Below the pieces are notes generated by a model. The model did not search any database. It worked only from the letters and a program-made list of their open reading frames with translations, and was not told the DNA's origin. A program made the position numbers and the translations under genes. Of a stretch of 32,943 nt of DNA, positions 1 through 9,249 are shown in pieces. The DNA lies in NCBI GenBank assembly GCA_964005815.1, contig CAXFSR010000052.1, positions 1 to 32,943 of the forward strand, in the 5' to 3' direction. The DNA is from an uncultured Nitrospinaceae bacterium. Its GTDB lineage: Bacteria; UBA8248. Each line of letters begins with the position of its first letter. Within the stretch, counting starts at the first letter, position 1.

Positions 1-4
1 AAAA

Positions 5-78
5 TGGCTGGGGGACAAGGATTCGAACCTTGGTAACCAGGTCCAGAACCTGGTGTCCTGCCGCTAGACGATCCCCCA
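5..78 (-). tRNA. tRNA-Gln (anticodon CTG), CCA encoded
   Basis: Reverse complement TGGGGGATCGTCTAGCGGCAGGACACCAGGTTCTGGACCTGGTTACCAAGGTTCGAATCCTTGTCCCCCAGCCA: 7-bp acceptor TGGGGGA/TCCCCCA, anticodon arm CCAGG-TTCTGGA-CCTGG, GGTTCGAATCC T-arm, 3' CCA. Confidence 0.97.
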
Positions 79-90
79 ACAATTTTTCGT

Positions 91-118
91 AGTATGACGT
101 ATTTTTTTTTCGAGTCAA
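91..118 (-). promoter_or_regulatory. sigma70-like promoter for tRNA-Gln
   Basis: Minus strand TTGACT (118-113), 16-nt spacer, CATACT (96-91), 12 nt before the tRNA 5' end. Confidence 0.6.
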
Positions 119-147
119 GAACCTAGTAATAAAAATTCCAGCACTTT

Positions 148-1563
148 TTAATCATTTTTATGAACAACGTCTAGAGCGTTATTGATACGTTCTATCACAA
201 GTTCTTTGCCTAAAAGTAAGAGAGTTTCGAAGATTCCAGGACTCACCGTTCCGCCAGTTACAGCAACTCTTAGAGGCTGTGCTAATTTGCCAATTTTTAA
301 GTCTTCAGAACTCAATATTTCGTTAAATACAGCTTTGATATTTTCAATTTTGTATTCGTCAATTTTATCTATTGCAGAACATAATTTTTCTAGAACGGGC
401 GAGATTTCTTTAGTGAGAAATTTTTTACTGGCTTTCTCATCCATTGTAATTTCGTCTGAGAAAAAATAGAGGGAACTTTTCACGATCTCTTCAATGGTTG
501 TTCCTCTAGTTCTCATTTCTTCGATAATTCCTTTTCTACTTTCTGCAGGCTGTGTGTTTGGGTCGTATCCGATATCTTTTAATTTGTTATCAAAGAGATC
601 TAGTAAACTTTGGATATCTCTTTTTTTCATATGTTCTTGCGTTACCCAGTCCATTTTTTCTGGATTGAAAACAGCAGAAGACTGATTGAGATTTTCTATA
701 GAGAAGAGTTTAATTATTTCATCTTTGTCAAATATCTCTTGATCTCCATGACTCCATCCTAATCTTACAAGGTAATTTATTAACGCCTCAGGCAAGTATC
801 CCTGATTTTTATATTCAAGAACTGATGTCGCACCGTGTCTTTTAGAAAGTCTTTTCTTGTCAGAACCAAGTATCATAGATATATGAACAAATTCCGGAAT
901 GGGACTATTCAATGCTTGATACACTAAGATTTGTTTTGGGGTATTAGACAGATGGTCATTTCCTCTAATTACATGGCTGATTTGCATATCTATATCATCG
1001 ATGGCAACACATAAATTGTAGGTGGGGGAACCATCGGTTCTTCTAATGATCATATCGTCAATTTGGTTGTTTTGAAATGTAACTTCCCCTGCTAGTAAAT
1101 CGTGGAAGCTAGTTTCCCCTTCGTCAGGTGTTTTCAATCTGATACAAAAAGGAATGTCAGGATCTTCTTGGTATCTTTCTCTGCATGTTCCATCGTACAT
1201 AGGAGTTTTCCCTTGTTTTACAGCCTCGTCTCTCATTTTTTGCACTTCTTCTGGAGTACAGGTACATCTGTAAGCAAGGTTTTTAGATATAAGAGTATCT
1301 ATAGTCTCGTTATATAGTTTCTCTCTGTCACTTTGTCTAAAGGGGCCTTCATCCCAGTCTAACTCAAGCCAATCAAAAGCTTCTATAATGGCTTCATAGA
1401 ATTCTTCTGTTGAACGTTGTTTATCTGTATCTTCAATTCTGAGTATTGTGGTTCCGCCATGATGTTTTGCAAAGAACCAATTGAACAGAGCTGTCCTTGC
1501 CCCGCCTATATGGAGATGGCCAGTGTTGGATGGTGCAAATCTAACGCGTATTTTGTTGTTCAT
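148..1563 (-). CDS. gltX: glutamate--tRNA ligase
   Basis: RVRFAPSxTGHLHIGG (HIGH), LRIEDTD, CxC...YDGTC Zn site, HVIRGNDHLSNT, RLSKRH (KMSKS), C-terminal anticodon-binding domain; 471 aa. Confidence 0.97.
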   Translation of the reverse strand: MNNKIRVRFAPSNTGHLHIGGARTALFNWFFAKHHGGTTILRIEDTDKQRSTEEFYEAIIEAFDWLELDWDEGPFRQSDREKLYNETIDTLISKNLAYRCTCTPEEVQKMRDEAVKQGKTPMYDGTCRERYQEDPDIPFCIRLKTPDEGETSFHDLLAGEVTFQNNQIDDMIIRRTDGSPTYNLCVAIDDIDMQISHVIRGNDHLSNTPKQILVYQALNSPIPEFVHISMILGSDKKRLSKRHGATSVLEYKNQGYLPEALINYLVRLGWSHGDQEIFDKDEIIKLFSIENLNQSSAVFNPEKMDWVTQEHMKKRDIQSLLDLFDNKLKDIGYDPNTQPAESRKGIIEEMRTRGTTIEEIVKSSLYFFSDEITMDEKASKKFLTKEISPVLEKLCSAIDKIDEYKIENIKAVFNEILSSEDLKIGKLAQPLRVAVTGGTVSPGIFETLLLLGKELVIERINNALDVVHKND

Positions 1564-1635
1564 CAGTAATCAAATCTCTTATGTAAATTCAAAAATTCTA
1601 AAATAGATTAACACTTATTTTTTTTTCAAAGAAGG

Positions 1636-2040
1636 TTAATCCTCTGGATACTGCCAGTTTTCTTCTTCTTTTAATTCCTCAATTGCTTCCAACATACAAG
1701 TAACCCCGTATGTAAGAACTTTGGATCCAGAAGGATTTACGCAAACCATCAGAGCTTCAGCAATACTTTCTGGATGCAAACCGAGTTTCAGCCCCTTTTT
1801 TAAGTGTTGCTTTAAGTGTGGCTGGTTATGCGGATTTGATCCTTCTACTGCTAAAGAGAGAATATGAAATAATTCATGCATTTTTTCGTCGAATCTTCTT
1901 TCCTTAGCACGAATCACGTCGTCAAGTTTGAGGAGTGCTTCCATATAGTCCGGAAATTTTTCGGCGATAAATTTATGCGCTGGATAATGCCTGCCTCTTC
2001 GACTAGCAATGTCTTCCCAAAGTGCGTTTTGTTCATTCAT
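1636..2040 (-). CDS. carboxymuconolactone decarboxylase / AhpD-like family protein
   Basis: FDEKMHELFHILSLAV...HLKQHLKKGLKLGLHPESIAEAL matches the CMD helical pattern; overlaps the stop of the upstream MFS gene. Confidence 0.65.
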   Translation of the reverse strand: MNEQNALWEDIASRRGRHYPAHKFIAEKFPDYMEALLKLDDVIRAKERRFDEKMHELFHILSLAVEGSNPHNQPHLKQHLKKGLKLGLHPESIAEALMVCVNPSGSKVLTYGVTCMLEAIEELKEEENWQYPED

Positions 2041-3301
2041 TCGATTTCTCCTTCTTTTCTTCTTTATCCTTTATTCTGCAGAGCAGATATATTGAGGGAA
2101 TAAAGAAAATAAGTATTGATAGAATAGCCATCCTTTGATTGGATAGCATACTTGAAATAACACCAAATGTTATAGGGCCAAGTATAGAACTAAATTTACC
2201 GCATATTCCGTAGATTGCGTACCCTTTAGCCTCATGCATTTCGGGAATATAAGAAGCCATCATAGCTCTACTTGAAGATTGTGTGGAACCCAGCAGAACT
2301 CCTGCACCTATCCCTATGATAAAAAATTCATTTTTGGAAGTATTTAAGAAAGCGGCGATAATAATCAGACACCAGATAATAAGGGTGGAAATTAAAGTTT
2401 TTCTATGTCCTATAGAATCTGAGATATATCCAAAGGCAAACGAACCTAGTCCCGCAGATATTTGTATGCAGATAAAGAGAAGCAGATTTTCTTGCATCGT
2501 GAACGCAAGAGTCGATACTGCGTAGATAGAACAGAATGCAATGATTGTAATGATTCCATCGTTAAACAAGAAAAATGCAACAAGAAATTTTAATGCATTT
2601 ATATTGTTTTTGTACTGTTGCATTAATTGATATAACTCTTTGAATATTAGTTGGCTTTTCGAATTTTTGGTCAATATGTTTTTTTGGTATGATTTTCTTA
2701 GAGTAAAAAGCATAGGAAGTGAAAAGATCGCGAAGAAAATGGATGTAATCAGAAAACTTTTTTTATATTCGATTTGATTAGCTAATTCATAACCCCCCTT
2801 TAAAAAAGGATAGCAGAGGATCAGGCACAATAATCCGCCAAAATAACCAAGTCCCCATCCCCATCCACTAATCTTCCCGATATTTTCTTTTGTGGAAAGA
2901 TTAGGAAGGTAAGAGTTGTAAAAGACTATAGAACATTCAAATCCAACTGAAGAAATAACGAAGATAAAAATCGCAGTTAAGATCATTCCCTCTTCTAGCA
3001 AGGACAGTAATGCCGTAAAAACTATGCAAATCAAACTAAAGAGGAAAAGAAACATTTTTCTTTTGTCATAGATGTCAGCTATTGCACTTAGAGGGATTGC
3101 AATTATAATACTCAAGACCATGGACAATGATATGGAAGTACCCCATAGGAGGTCTCCGTAAACGACACCTTTGGTTATCACTTCTTTAAAGAAAACGCTG
3201 AATGCTACTGTAGTGATAATTGTTGGATATGCAGAATTTGCGAAGTCATACAGGGCCCAAGAAAATATTTCTTTTTTCTCTATTGCGGTATTTTTTGTCA
3301 T
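2033..3301 (-). CDS. MFS transporter, ATG22/UMF1 family
   Basis: SWALYDFANSAY, FYNSYLP, ISGWGWGLGYFGG, LFNDG, QSSSRA motifs and about 12 hydrophobic segments. ATG at 3301 preferred over the ORF-track start at 3349. Confidence 0.88.
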   Translation of the reverse strand: MTKNTAIEKKEIFSWALYDFANSAYPTIITTVAFSVFFKEVITKGVVYGDLLWGTSISLSMVLSIIIAIPLSAIADIYDKRKMFLFLFSLICIVFTALLSLLEEGMILTAIFIFVISSVGFECSIVFYNSYLPNLSTKENIGKISGWGWGLGYFGGLLCLILCYPFLKGGYELANQIEYKKSFLITSIFFAIFSLPMLFTLRKSYQKNILTKNSKSQLIFKELYQLMQQYKNNINALKFLVAFFLFNDGIITIIAFCSIYAVSTLAFTMQENLLLFICIQISAGLGSFAFGYISDSIGHRKTLISTLIIWCLIIIAAFLNTSKNEFFIIGIGAGVLLGSTQSSSRAMMASYIPEMHEAKGYAIYGICGKFSSILGPITFGVISSMLSNQRMAILSILIFFIPSIYLLCRIKDKEEKKEKSNE

Positions 3302-3392
3302 AAGAATATTTGTATGAATTAATTTAGAAACTTGCAAGTCGTTCTTCATTTCTAATTATAGGAAATGTAATTTTTAATTTTTGGAGGATGTT

Positions 3393-4346
3393 GTGAAAAA
3401 TTCTGTTTTGGTAGTCACTCCATTTCATGAAAGGTATGTGAAGGCTTTAGAGAGCCTTGAATTAGATATAAATTTTGTGGGTTGTTCTGACAATAATGAT
3501 TGTCCAGAAGATTTAAGTACTTTTGAAGTAGGGGTAGCATGGAAGATTGATCCGTCTCTACTCAACAGATGGGAATCTCTTAAATGGATACAAATGGTTT
3601 CAGCTGGGGCAGATGAGATGTTGGATACATTATCAGAAAGAAAAGATGTAGTAATAACTTCCGTGCGAGGAATTCATGCGAATCCGATAGCCACTTACGT
3701 TATGATGATGATGCCAATGGTCTCGATGGGGTTCCCTAAGATGATGAATAGCCAGAATTCTTCCACTTGGAAACAATGGTCTTGGAATGATTTAGAGGGA
3801 AAAATTCTTTGTCAAGTGGGATTAGGCGCAATTGGTAAAGAAATTGCAAAAAGGGCTCGGCAGTCAGGAATGATTGTAAAAGGGGTAAAAAATAGTATTT
3901 CAGAAGATGAAGATTATGAATACATCGATGAAGTGTTTAGTTCTGACAATATGGAATCTGCGATTAAAGACTGTGATTATTGTGTCCTTGCACTTCCTTT
4001 GACTGAGAAAACGAGAAATCTTTTTTCTCAGAAAGTGTTTTCTTGCATGGAAAAAAAACCTTTCTTCATTAATGTAGGAAGAGGGGAACTCGTGAATGAC
4101 AACGATCTCATCGAATCTATAGATAATGAATTTCTGTCTGGGGCCGTTTTGGATGTGTTTCATGAAGAGCCGCTACCATCAGACAGTTCTCTATGGTCGC
4201 ACGATAAGATAATTGTCACTCCACATATTTCTGGTTTAACTAGGGATTATATGCGAAAAGTATGCAATGTTTTTGCCGAGAATTGGAATCTTTGGGATCA
4301 AGGCAATGAATTGCAAAGAAAAGTAGATAGATCTTCTGGATATTAA
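3393..4346 (+). CDS. D-isomer-specific 2-hydroxyacid dehydrogenase (GhrA-like)
   Basis: SAGAD, GLGAIG Rossmann motif, LPLTEKT, NVGRG, AVLDVFxEEPL, TPHISG. GTG at 3393 follows GGAGG. Confidence 0.9.
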   Translation: MKNSVLVVTPFHERYVKALESLELDINFVGCSDNNDCPEDLSTFEVGVAWKIDPSLLNRWESLKWIQMVSAGADEMLDTLSERKDVVITSVRGIHANPIATYVMMMMPMVSMGFPKMMNSQNSSTWKQWSWNDLEGKILCQVGLGAIGKEIAKRARQSGMIVKGVKNSISEDEDYEYIDEVFSSDNMESAIKDCDYCVLALPLTEKTRNLFSQKVFSCMEKKPFFINVGRGELVNDNDLIESIDNEFLSGAVLDVFHEEPLPSDSSLWSHDKIIVTPHISGLTRDYMRKVCNVFAENWNLWDQGNELQRKVDRSSGY

Positions 4347-4390
4347 ATTTTTTTCTGGAAAGTGTTTCGCTGATAATGTTTGCATATTAA

Positions 4391-4419
4391 TTGTTCTTTT
4401 CCCTTAAATATTATATATT
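4391..4419 (+). promoter_or_regulatory. possible sigma70 promoter for ftsK
   Basis: TTGTTC-N17-TATATT; weak match in AT-rich DNA. Confidence 0.3.
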
Positions 4420-4497
4420 GTCTTAGTTAGTTCTTCGCCCATTTAATGCCTTATGCTTTGAAGGATGTATTTAGAAGTATTTTGGCAAGGTGGCGAC

Positions 4498-7206
4498 ATG
4501 GCCCGCAGACGTTCAATACCTAACACTTTAGAAAAATTAAATGACAGATCTGGTGAAGTAATCGGTCTATCTTTCATGTTTGTTTCTGTGTTTATTGCAG
4601 TTTCACTCTTCTCTTTTGATAGTAGAGATCCACATCCATATAATGTGGTGAGCCCAAATTTAGGAATTCAAAATTACTGTGGATTTCTTGGGTCTTATAT
4701 TTCTGGATTGATGATTTTTTTCTTGGGTGCTCTGAGTTGTCTCATTCCAATACTGATGTTGTTTTGTGGAATTTCTCTTTTTTCAGGAAAACGAATTTGG
4801 TTGCCTAGGTATAAAGATTTTTTATACCTTCTTATTTTATTAAGTGCGTGCTCTTTGTTTTACAAAACATTTAAGCATGACGTGGTTTTTGGAAAAGGAG
4901 TTGTTTCTGGTGGAATAGTAGGAGAGAGTCTTTCTACTTTCCTGAAAATGTATTTAGGCAATGCTGGAAGTTGGATAGCACTTTTGGCTGTCTTTACTAT
5001 TTGTGTTTCAGTAGTTTCAAATCTGTCATTGCAATCTTATGGAACAAGGGTAGGTTCTGTTTTTTCCGTTCTTGGGAAAATCTCTTTCAAGCCTACATTA
5101 CATAGGAAGTTTTTTGATTTTTTTGCGAGATTTAGAAGAGTAGAGGAATATAGTACTTTTGAGAATGAAAGAATAGAGAATGATTCCTACTATTCTAATT
5201 TTTTTGGTTCTTCAAAGAATTTTTTTATGAAAGTGTTTTCATTCATAAGAAATCTGGATATTTTTTCTAGAAGAAAATCTCATGTAGTTGCAAATTTAAA
5301 TTCTCCTGTATTAGATGAAACAAATCTTCCGGAAGAAAATTTCATACCTGGTCCAGCATTCCATGAAGAGGGAAATGTCGAGCCTGTAATAGAAAAAACA
5401 CAATTGAAGAATGAAAGATCTAAAGATTTGGATAAGTTGTTAGAGGAAAATTCATCATCGATTGAGAGATTAGATGATTCGAATTTTAATGTTCCTCCGG
5501 ATCAGACTGATTTTAAAGAAGAAAAAGTAGATTTTGAAAATCACGAGAAAATAATTGAAGATTTGAATCCATCTGTTTCAAATGACGATGTTCCTGTGAA
5601 TACTGAAGTTGATTCTCCTAGCGTAGTTAGATTAGATGATGAGAGTTTTGTTGAACAGGGAAGTTCTGAAACTGCAAATAATATTCGAAAAAATTCCCCA
5701 AAGAAGAATTTGAAGTATGAACTGCCATCTCTTGATTTTTTCACAGATCCACCTTCTGGTGGGGTGATAGTGAACGAATCTCTCATAAGAGAAAAATCTC
5801 AGTCACTTGAAAAGGCATTGTTGGAGTTTGGCGTTGAAGGAAAAATAACGGAAGTAAAAACCGGACCAGTGATAACAGTGTATGAATTTTCTCCTGCACC
5901 TGGAGTGAAAGTTTCCAAAATTGTATCGCTTTCAGATGATCTTGCAAGAGCTCTTTCTGCGTATAGTGTCAGAATTGTTGCTCCTATACCCGGAAAATCA
6001 GTTGTAGGGATAGAAGTTCCTAATGAACAACGGAATGCGGTTTACGCAAAAGAGATTCTTTCATCTAAAGAATTTAATGATTCAGAACAGAAATTAACTA
6101 TAGGCTTGGGTTCCGATATTTTGGGTAGAACCGCCCTCACAGATTTAGCAAAGATCCCCCATCTTTTGATAGCAGGAACGACTGGTTCGGGAAAAAGTGT
6201 TTCCTTGAATATGATGATTTGTAGCTTGTTAAGTAGATGTATGCCAAGGGAAGTTAGATTTTTAATGATAGATCCAAAACTCTTAGAGTTGTCAATATAT
6301 GAAGGGATCCCTCATCTACTTGTGCCAGTTGTAACTGATGCGGAGAAAGCTGCTTCAGCTTTACGTGGTATAATTGTAGAGATGGAAAAAAGATATCAAA
6401 AAATGAATAAACTTGGGGTAAGGAACATTGATAGTTACAATGAATTTGTTGCTGAGGGTCTTACGAAAAAACAAGTTCAAGAGAGATTGCAGAGACCATT
6501 AGAAGATGATGCTACTGAAACAGAGGGTGAGAAACTTGATTTTCTTCCTTATATAGTTGTGGTGATAGATGAGCTTGCTGACCTGATGATGGTTTCGTCT
6601 CGTGATGTTGAAGAAGCAATGACTAGATTGGCACAGATGGCTAGAGCTGCTGGAATTCATCTTTTAGTTGCAACCCAAAGACCTTCTGTAGATGTTTTGA
6701 CTGGATTGATTAAAGCAAATTTTCCATCTCGGATTGCACTCAGAGTTGCAACGAGGACCGATTCAAGAACTATTTTGGATTCAAATGGTGCGGAAAGACT
6801 TCTTGGAAAAGGAGATATGTTGTTTGTGCCACCTGGCACGAGTATTCCTGTTCGTATACATGGTTCGTATGTTTCGGAAAAAGAGATACACAGTCTTGTA
6901 GGACACTGGAAGAATCAAGGTCCAGCAGTGTTCCGTGAAGATATTTTTGTTGAAAAAGAGACAAGGAAAGATGAAGTAGGGGAAGATGATAATGCATATG
7001 ATGAGAGGTATGATGAAGCTGTTGCTCTTATTTCCAGAACTAAAGAGGTTTCTATTTCACTCATTCAAAGGCATATGAGAATTGGTTATAATAGGGCTGC
7101 TAGGATGATCGAACAAATGGAAAGAGATAAGATAGTTGGCCCTGCTGATGGAATTAAGAGACGACCAGTGTTAATTGATGAAATCCCTGAAAGTGATCAT
7201 GAATAA
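4498..7206 (+). CDS. ftsK: DNA translocase FtsK (4TM N-terminus, acidic linker, motor and gamma domains)
   Basis: N-terminal TM region, PHLLIAGTTGSGKS (Walker A), MIDPK, VVIDELADLMM (Walker B), ATQRPSVDV, IGYNRAARMIE gamma domain. ATG 4498 follows AAGGTGG; ORF track starts at 4465. Confidence 0.96.
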   Translation: MARRRSIPNTLEKLNDRSGEVIGLSFMFVSVFIAVSLFSFDSRDPHPYNVVSPNLGIQNYCGFLGSYISGLMIFFLGALSCLIPILMLFCGISLFSGKRIWLPRYKDFLYLLILLSACSLFYKTFKHDVVFGKGVVSGGIVGESLSTFLKMYLGNAGSWIALLAVFTICVSVVSNLSLQSYGTRVGSVFSVLGKISFKPTLHRKFFDFFARFRRVEEYSTFENERIENDSYYSNFFGSSKNFFMKVFSFIRNLDIFSRRKSHVVANLNSPVLDETNLPEENFIPGPAFHEEGNVEPVIEKTQLKNERSKDLDKLLEENSSSIERLDDSNFNVPPDQTDFKEEKVDFENHEKIIEDLNPSVSNDDVPVNTEVDSPSVVRLDDESFVEQGSSETANNIRKNSPKKNLKYELPSLDFFTDPPSGGVIVNESLIREKSQSLEKALLEFGVEGKITEVKTGPVITVYEFSPAPGVKVSKIVSLSDDLARALSAYSVRIVAPIPGKSVVGIEVPNEQRNAVYAKEILSSKEFNDSEQKLTIGLGSDILGRTALTDLAKIPHLLIAGTTGSGKSVSLNMMICSLLSRCMPREVRFLMIDPKLLELSIYEGIPHLLVPVVTDAEKAASALRGIIVEMEKRYQKMNKLGVRNIDSYNEFVAEGLTKKQVQERLQRPLEDDATETEGEKLDFLPYIVVVIDELADLMMVSSRDVEEAMTRLAQMARAAGIHLLVATQRPSVDVLTGLIKANFPSRIALRVATRTDSRTILDSNGAERLLGKGDMLFVPPGTSIPVRIHGSYVSEKEIHSLVGHWKNQGPAVFREDIFVEKETRKDEVGEDDNAYDERYDEAVALISRTKEVSISLIQRHMRIGYNRAARMIEQMERDKIVGPADGIKRRPVLIDEIPESDHE

Positions 7207-7244
7207 TTTTCGTCCCATTTGACTGTTTTTTTATGGAGGTTTTT

Positions 7245-7577
7245 ATGTCTGATAATGTTTTAGATGTTACTGATCAAAATTTCGATTCAGAGGTGTTAGG
7301 TTCGAATTTGCCTACACTCTTAGATTTTTGGGCTGAATGGTGTCAGCCGTGTAAGATGATAGCTCCTGTTATAGAAGAACTTGCAGGAGAGTATGATGGG
7401 AAAATACGTTTTGGAAAGATGAATATAGACCATAGTCCATCTACACCCTCAAAATTTGGGATTAAGGGAATCCCGACACTAATTCTCTTTAAGGATGGTC
7501 AAGTTGTAGAGCAAGTTGTTGGTGTTCGTTCAAAAAACGATCTAAAAACAATTTTAGATAGAAGTATTGAAGGTTAA
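7245..7577 (+). CDS. trxA: thioredoxin
   Basis: LDFWAEWCQPCKMIAP, GIPTLILFKDG; ATG 7245 follows GGAGG. Confidence 0.93.
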   Translation: MSDNVLDVTDQNFDSEVLGSNLPTLLDFWAEWCQPCKMIAPVIEELAGEYDGKIRFGKMNIDHSPSTPSKFGIKGIPTLILFKDGQVVEQVVGVRSKNDLKTILDRSIEG

Positions 7578-7600
7578 ATCTTTTTCTTACACTGGGTATC

Positions 7601-8485
7601 ATTATTAAATCTGAAAGAATTATTTTTCCCTTCTTTTTAATTCTTGGTGTTTTTTCTCTTGGTCTTTCTTCTGTAATTTTTCGTTTGATGGATGCTCCCT
7701 CTTTAATGGTAGCATCCTTTAGAATGATCGGCGCATCTTTAATCATCCTACCTTTCTGTTTCAACCAACTTTTAAGCACATGGAGATTATTGTCTATACA
7801 AGAGAGAGTAGTATTGATTTTATCTAGCATTGTTCTGGGGATGCATTTTTTTATTTGGTTTGAATCATTGAATCATACCTCTATAGCTAACTCTGTTGTA
7901 TTGGTTACGTTGAATCCACTTTTTGTTTCTCTTGGAGCATATTTTTTTCTTAATGAAAAAGAAGGGAAAGAATTATGGATTGGGATTTTTATAACAATTG
8001 TAGGTGTTATTTTAATATGTGTTGATGACTTCGATTCTTTAGAATCTGAAAGTTTTTATGGAGATTTTCTTGCTTTGCTTGGTGGATTGATGTTCTCAAT
8101 TTATTTGCTAATAGGAAGAAGTCTCAGAAAGTCGATTCCATTTCTGCCATATATAACATTTTGTTATGGGATGAGTGGTTTGTTTTTATTTGTTTTGCTA
8201 TGTATTACTGGTGTTCCGCCCATAACTTATAATTCAAATTTTTATTTCTATTTGATTATGATGATTCTTTTTCCCACACTTATTGGGCATACAATAATTA
8301 ATTATGCGTTAAGAAAAATCACTTCTGGTAAAGTCGCTTTTTGTATTTTAGGTGAGCCTTGCGTTTCTATTGTTTTAGGTGCGATTATTCTGAATGAATT
8401 CGTCAGTTATGAGAAAGTCTTTTTTGTTTTAATTATTCTTCTTGGTGTTATTGTTGGAGTTAGAAAAGATGTTACACGAATATAG
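7601..8485 (+). CDS. DMT/EamA family transporter (start uncertain)
   Basis: HTSIANSVVLVTLNP, GDFLAL, PTLIGH, LGEP motifs. The frame is open from 7571 and encodes a hydrophobic helix upstream of the first TTG (7685). Confidence 0.85.
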   Translation: MIKSERIIFPFFLILGVFSLGLSSVIFRLMDAPSLMVASFRMIGASLIILPFCFNQLLSTWRLLSIQERVVLILSSIVLGMHFFIWFESLNHTSIANSVVLVTLNPLFVSLGAYFFLNEKEGKELWIGIFITIVGVILICVDDFDSLESESFYGDFLALLGGLMFSIYLLIGRSLRKSIPFLPYITFCYGMSGLFLFVLLCITGVPPITYNSNFYFYLIMMILFPTLIGHTIINYALRKITSGKVAFCILGEPCVSIVLGAIILNEFVSYEKVFFVLIILLGVIVGVRKDVTRI

Positions 8486-9227
8486 ATTTGTCTCTGGAAA
8501 ATATAAAAAAGTAATTTTGCTATTTATTATTTCTTTAGCTTTCGGATGTTCTATGCCGAAATTCCCGGATTTTTCGATAAACGAATTTAAAATGCCTGAC
8601 CCAATCGTGTCTTCTAATTGGAAAAAAATAGATATCTCTCAAAATCGTTTCTTTGTTTCCGACGATTTTATTAATCAAATTGTTTATGAACGGATTGGGA
8701 CAAATGGTTTGATTGCATTTTCGATTATTTCCACAGGTATTTTTGAGAATCCAAAATTTGAAATAAAACTTTTGGAGATTTACCGGAAGCTCTTGTTGCC
8801 ACCTCATAATGATCTTCGAGTTTACTCCTCTGGAAAATTTCTTTCTTTTGAAGAATCAGTATCAAAAAAAAATAAAAACTTTTTTCAGAGAGCGGAATTC
8901 TTTTTGAAGGGAGAAATGGGCCTGAAAATAGAATTGAGTAAGAAAAAAGAAAAAGAAAAACAATTGCATGCTTTGGAACCATTTTCTGGTCCATATACCC
9001 AAAAAGAACTTAAAAGGTCGAGAGATTTAAGGAACGAACTCTTGAATGTTGTTGATAAAAGAAAGTGTAGAGTTAAGGTTGTAGCTTATTTGTATCAAAG
9101 AAGGTTGTTTAAATTTCTCTATATAAATACACCTGATTATTTCGAAAAAGATTTAGAATTGTTCCATGCTTTTGAGAAAAGTTTGTCAAAGCATTTTTTC
9201 TCGAAAAAGAGTAAATTGAGACGGTAA
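8469..9227 (+). CDS. hypothetical lipoprotein
   Basis: Basic N-terminus, hydrophobic VILLFIISL and lipobox-like AFG-C (Cys codon 8547); no recognisable domain. Confidence 0.6.
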   Translation: MLHEYRFVSGKYKKVILLFIISLAFGCSMPKFPDFSINEFKMPDPIVSSNWKKIDISQNRFFVSDDFINQIVYERIGTNGLIAFSIISTGIFENPKFEIKLLEIYRKLLLPPHNDLRVYSSGKFLSFEESVSKKNKNFFQRAEFFLKGEMGLKIELSKKKEKEKQLHALEPFSGPYTQKELKRSRDLRNELLNVVDKRKCRVKVVAYLYQRRLFKFLYINTPDYFEKDLELFHAFEKSLSKHFFSKKSKLRR

Positions 9228-9249
9228 AATCAAAAATCCAAAAGACAAG

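Noticed and set aside
1..147. tRNA 3' end as an integration site
   Set aside because: No integrase and no duplicate of the tRNA 3' end seen; the DNA downstream of the tRNA is outside the window.
182..1317. Short plus-strand ORFs inside gltX, and similar antisense or alternate-frame ORFs throughout the track (e.g. 17582-18088, 27540-27977, 30771-31211, 32596-32823)
   Set aside because: They overlap well-supported genes, have no motifs and look like shadow frames.
5100..5720. Acidic low-complexity segment in ftsK as an intein or insertion
   Set aside because: No intein terminal motifs; a variable disordered linker is normal for FtsK.
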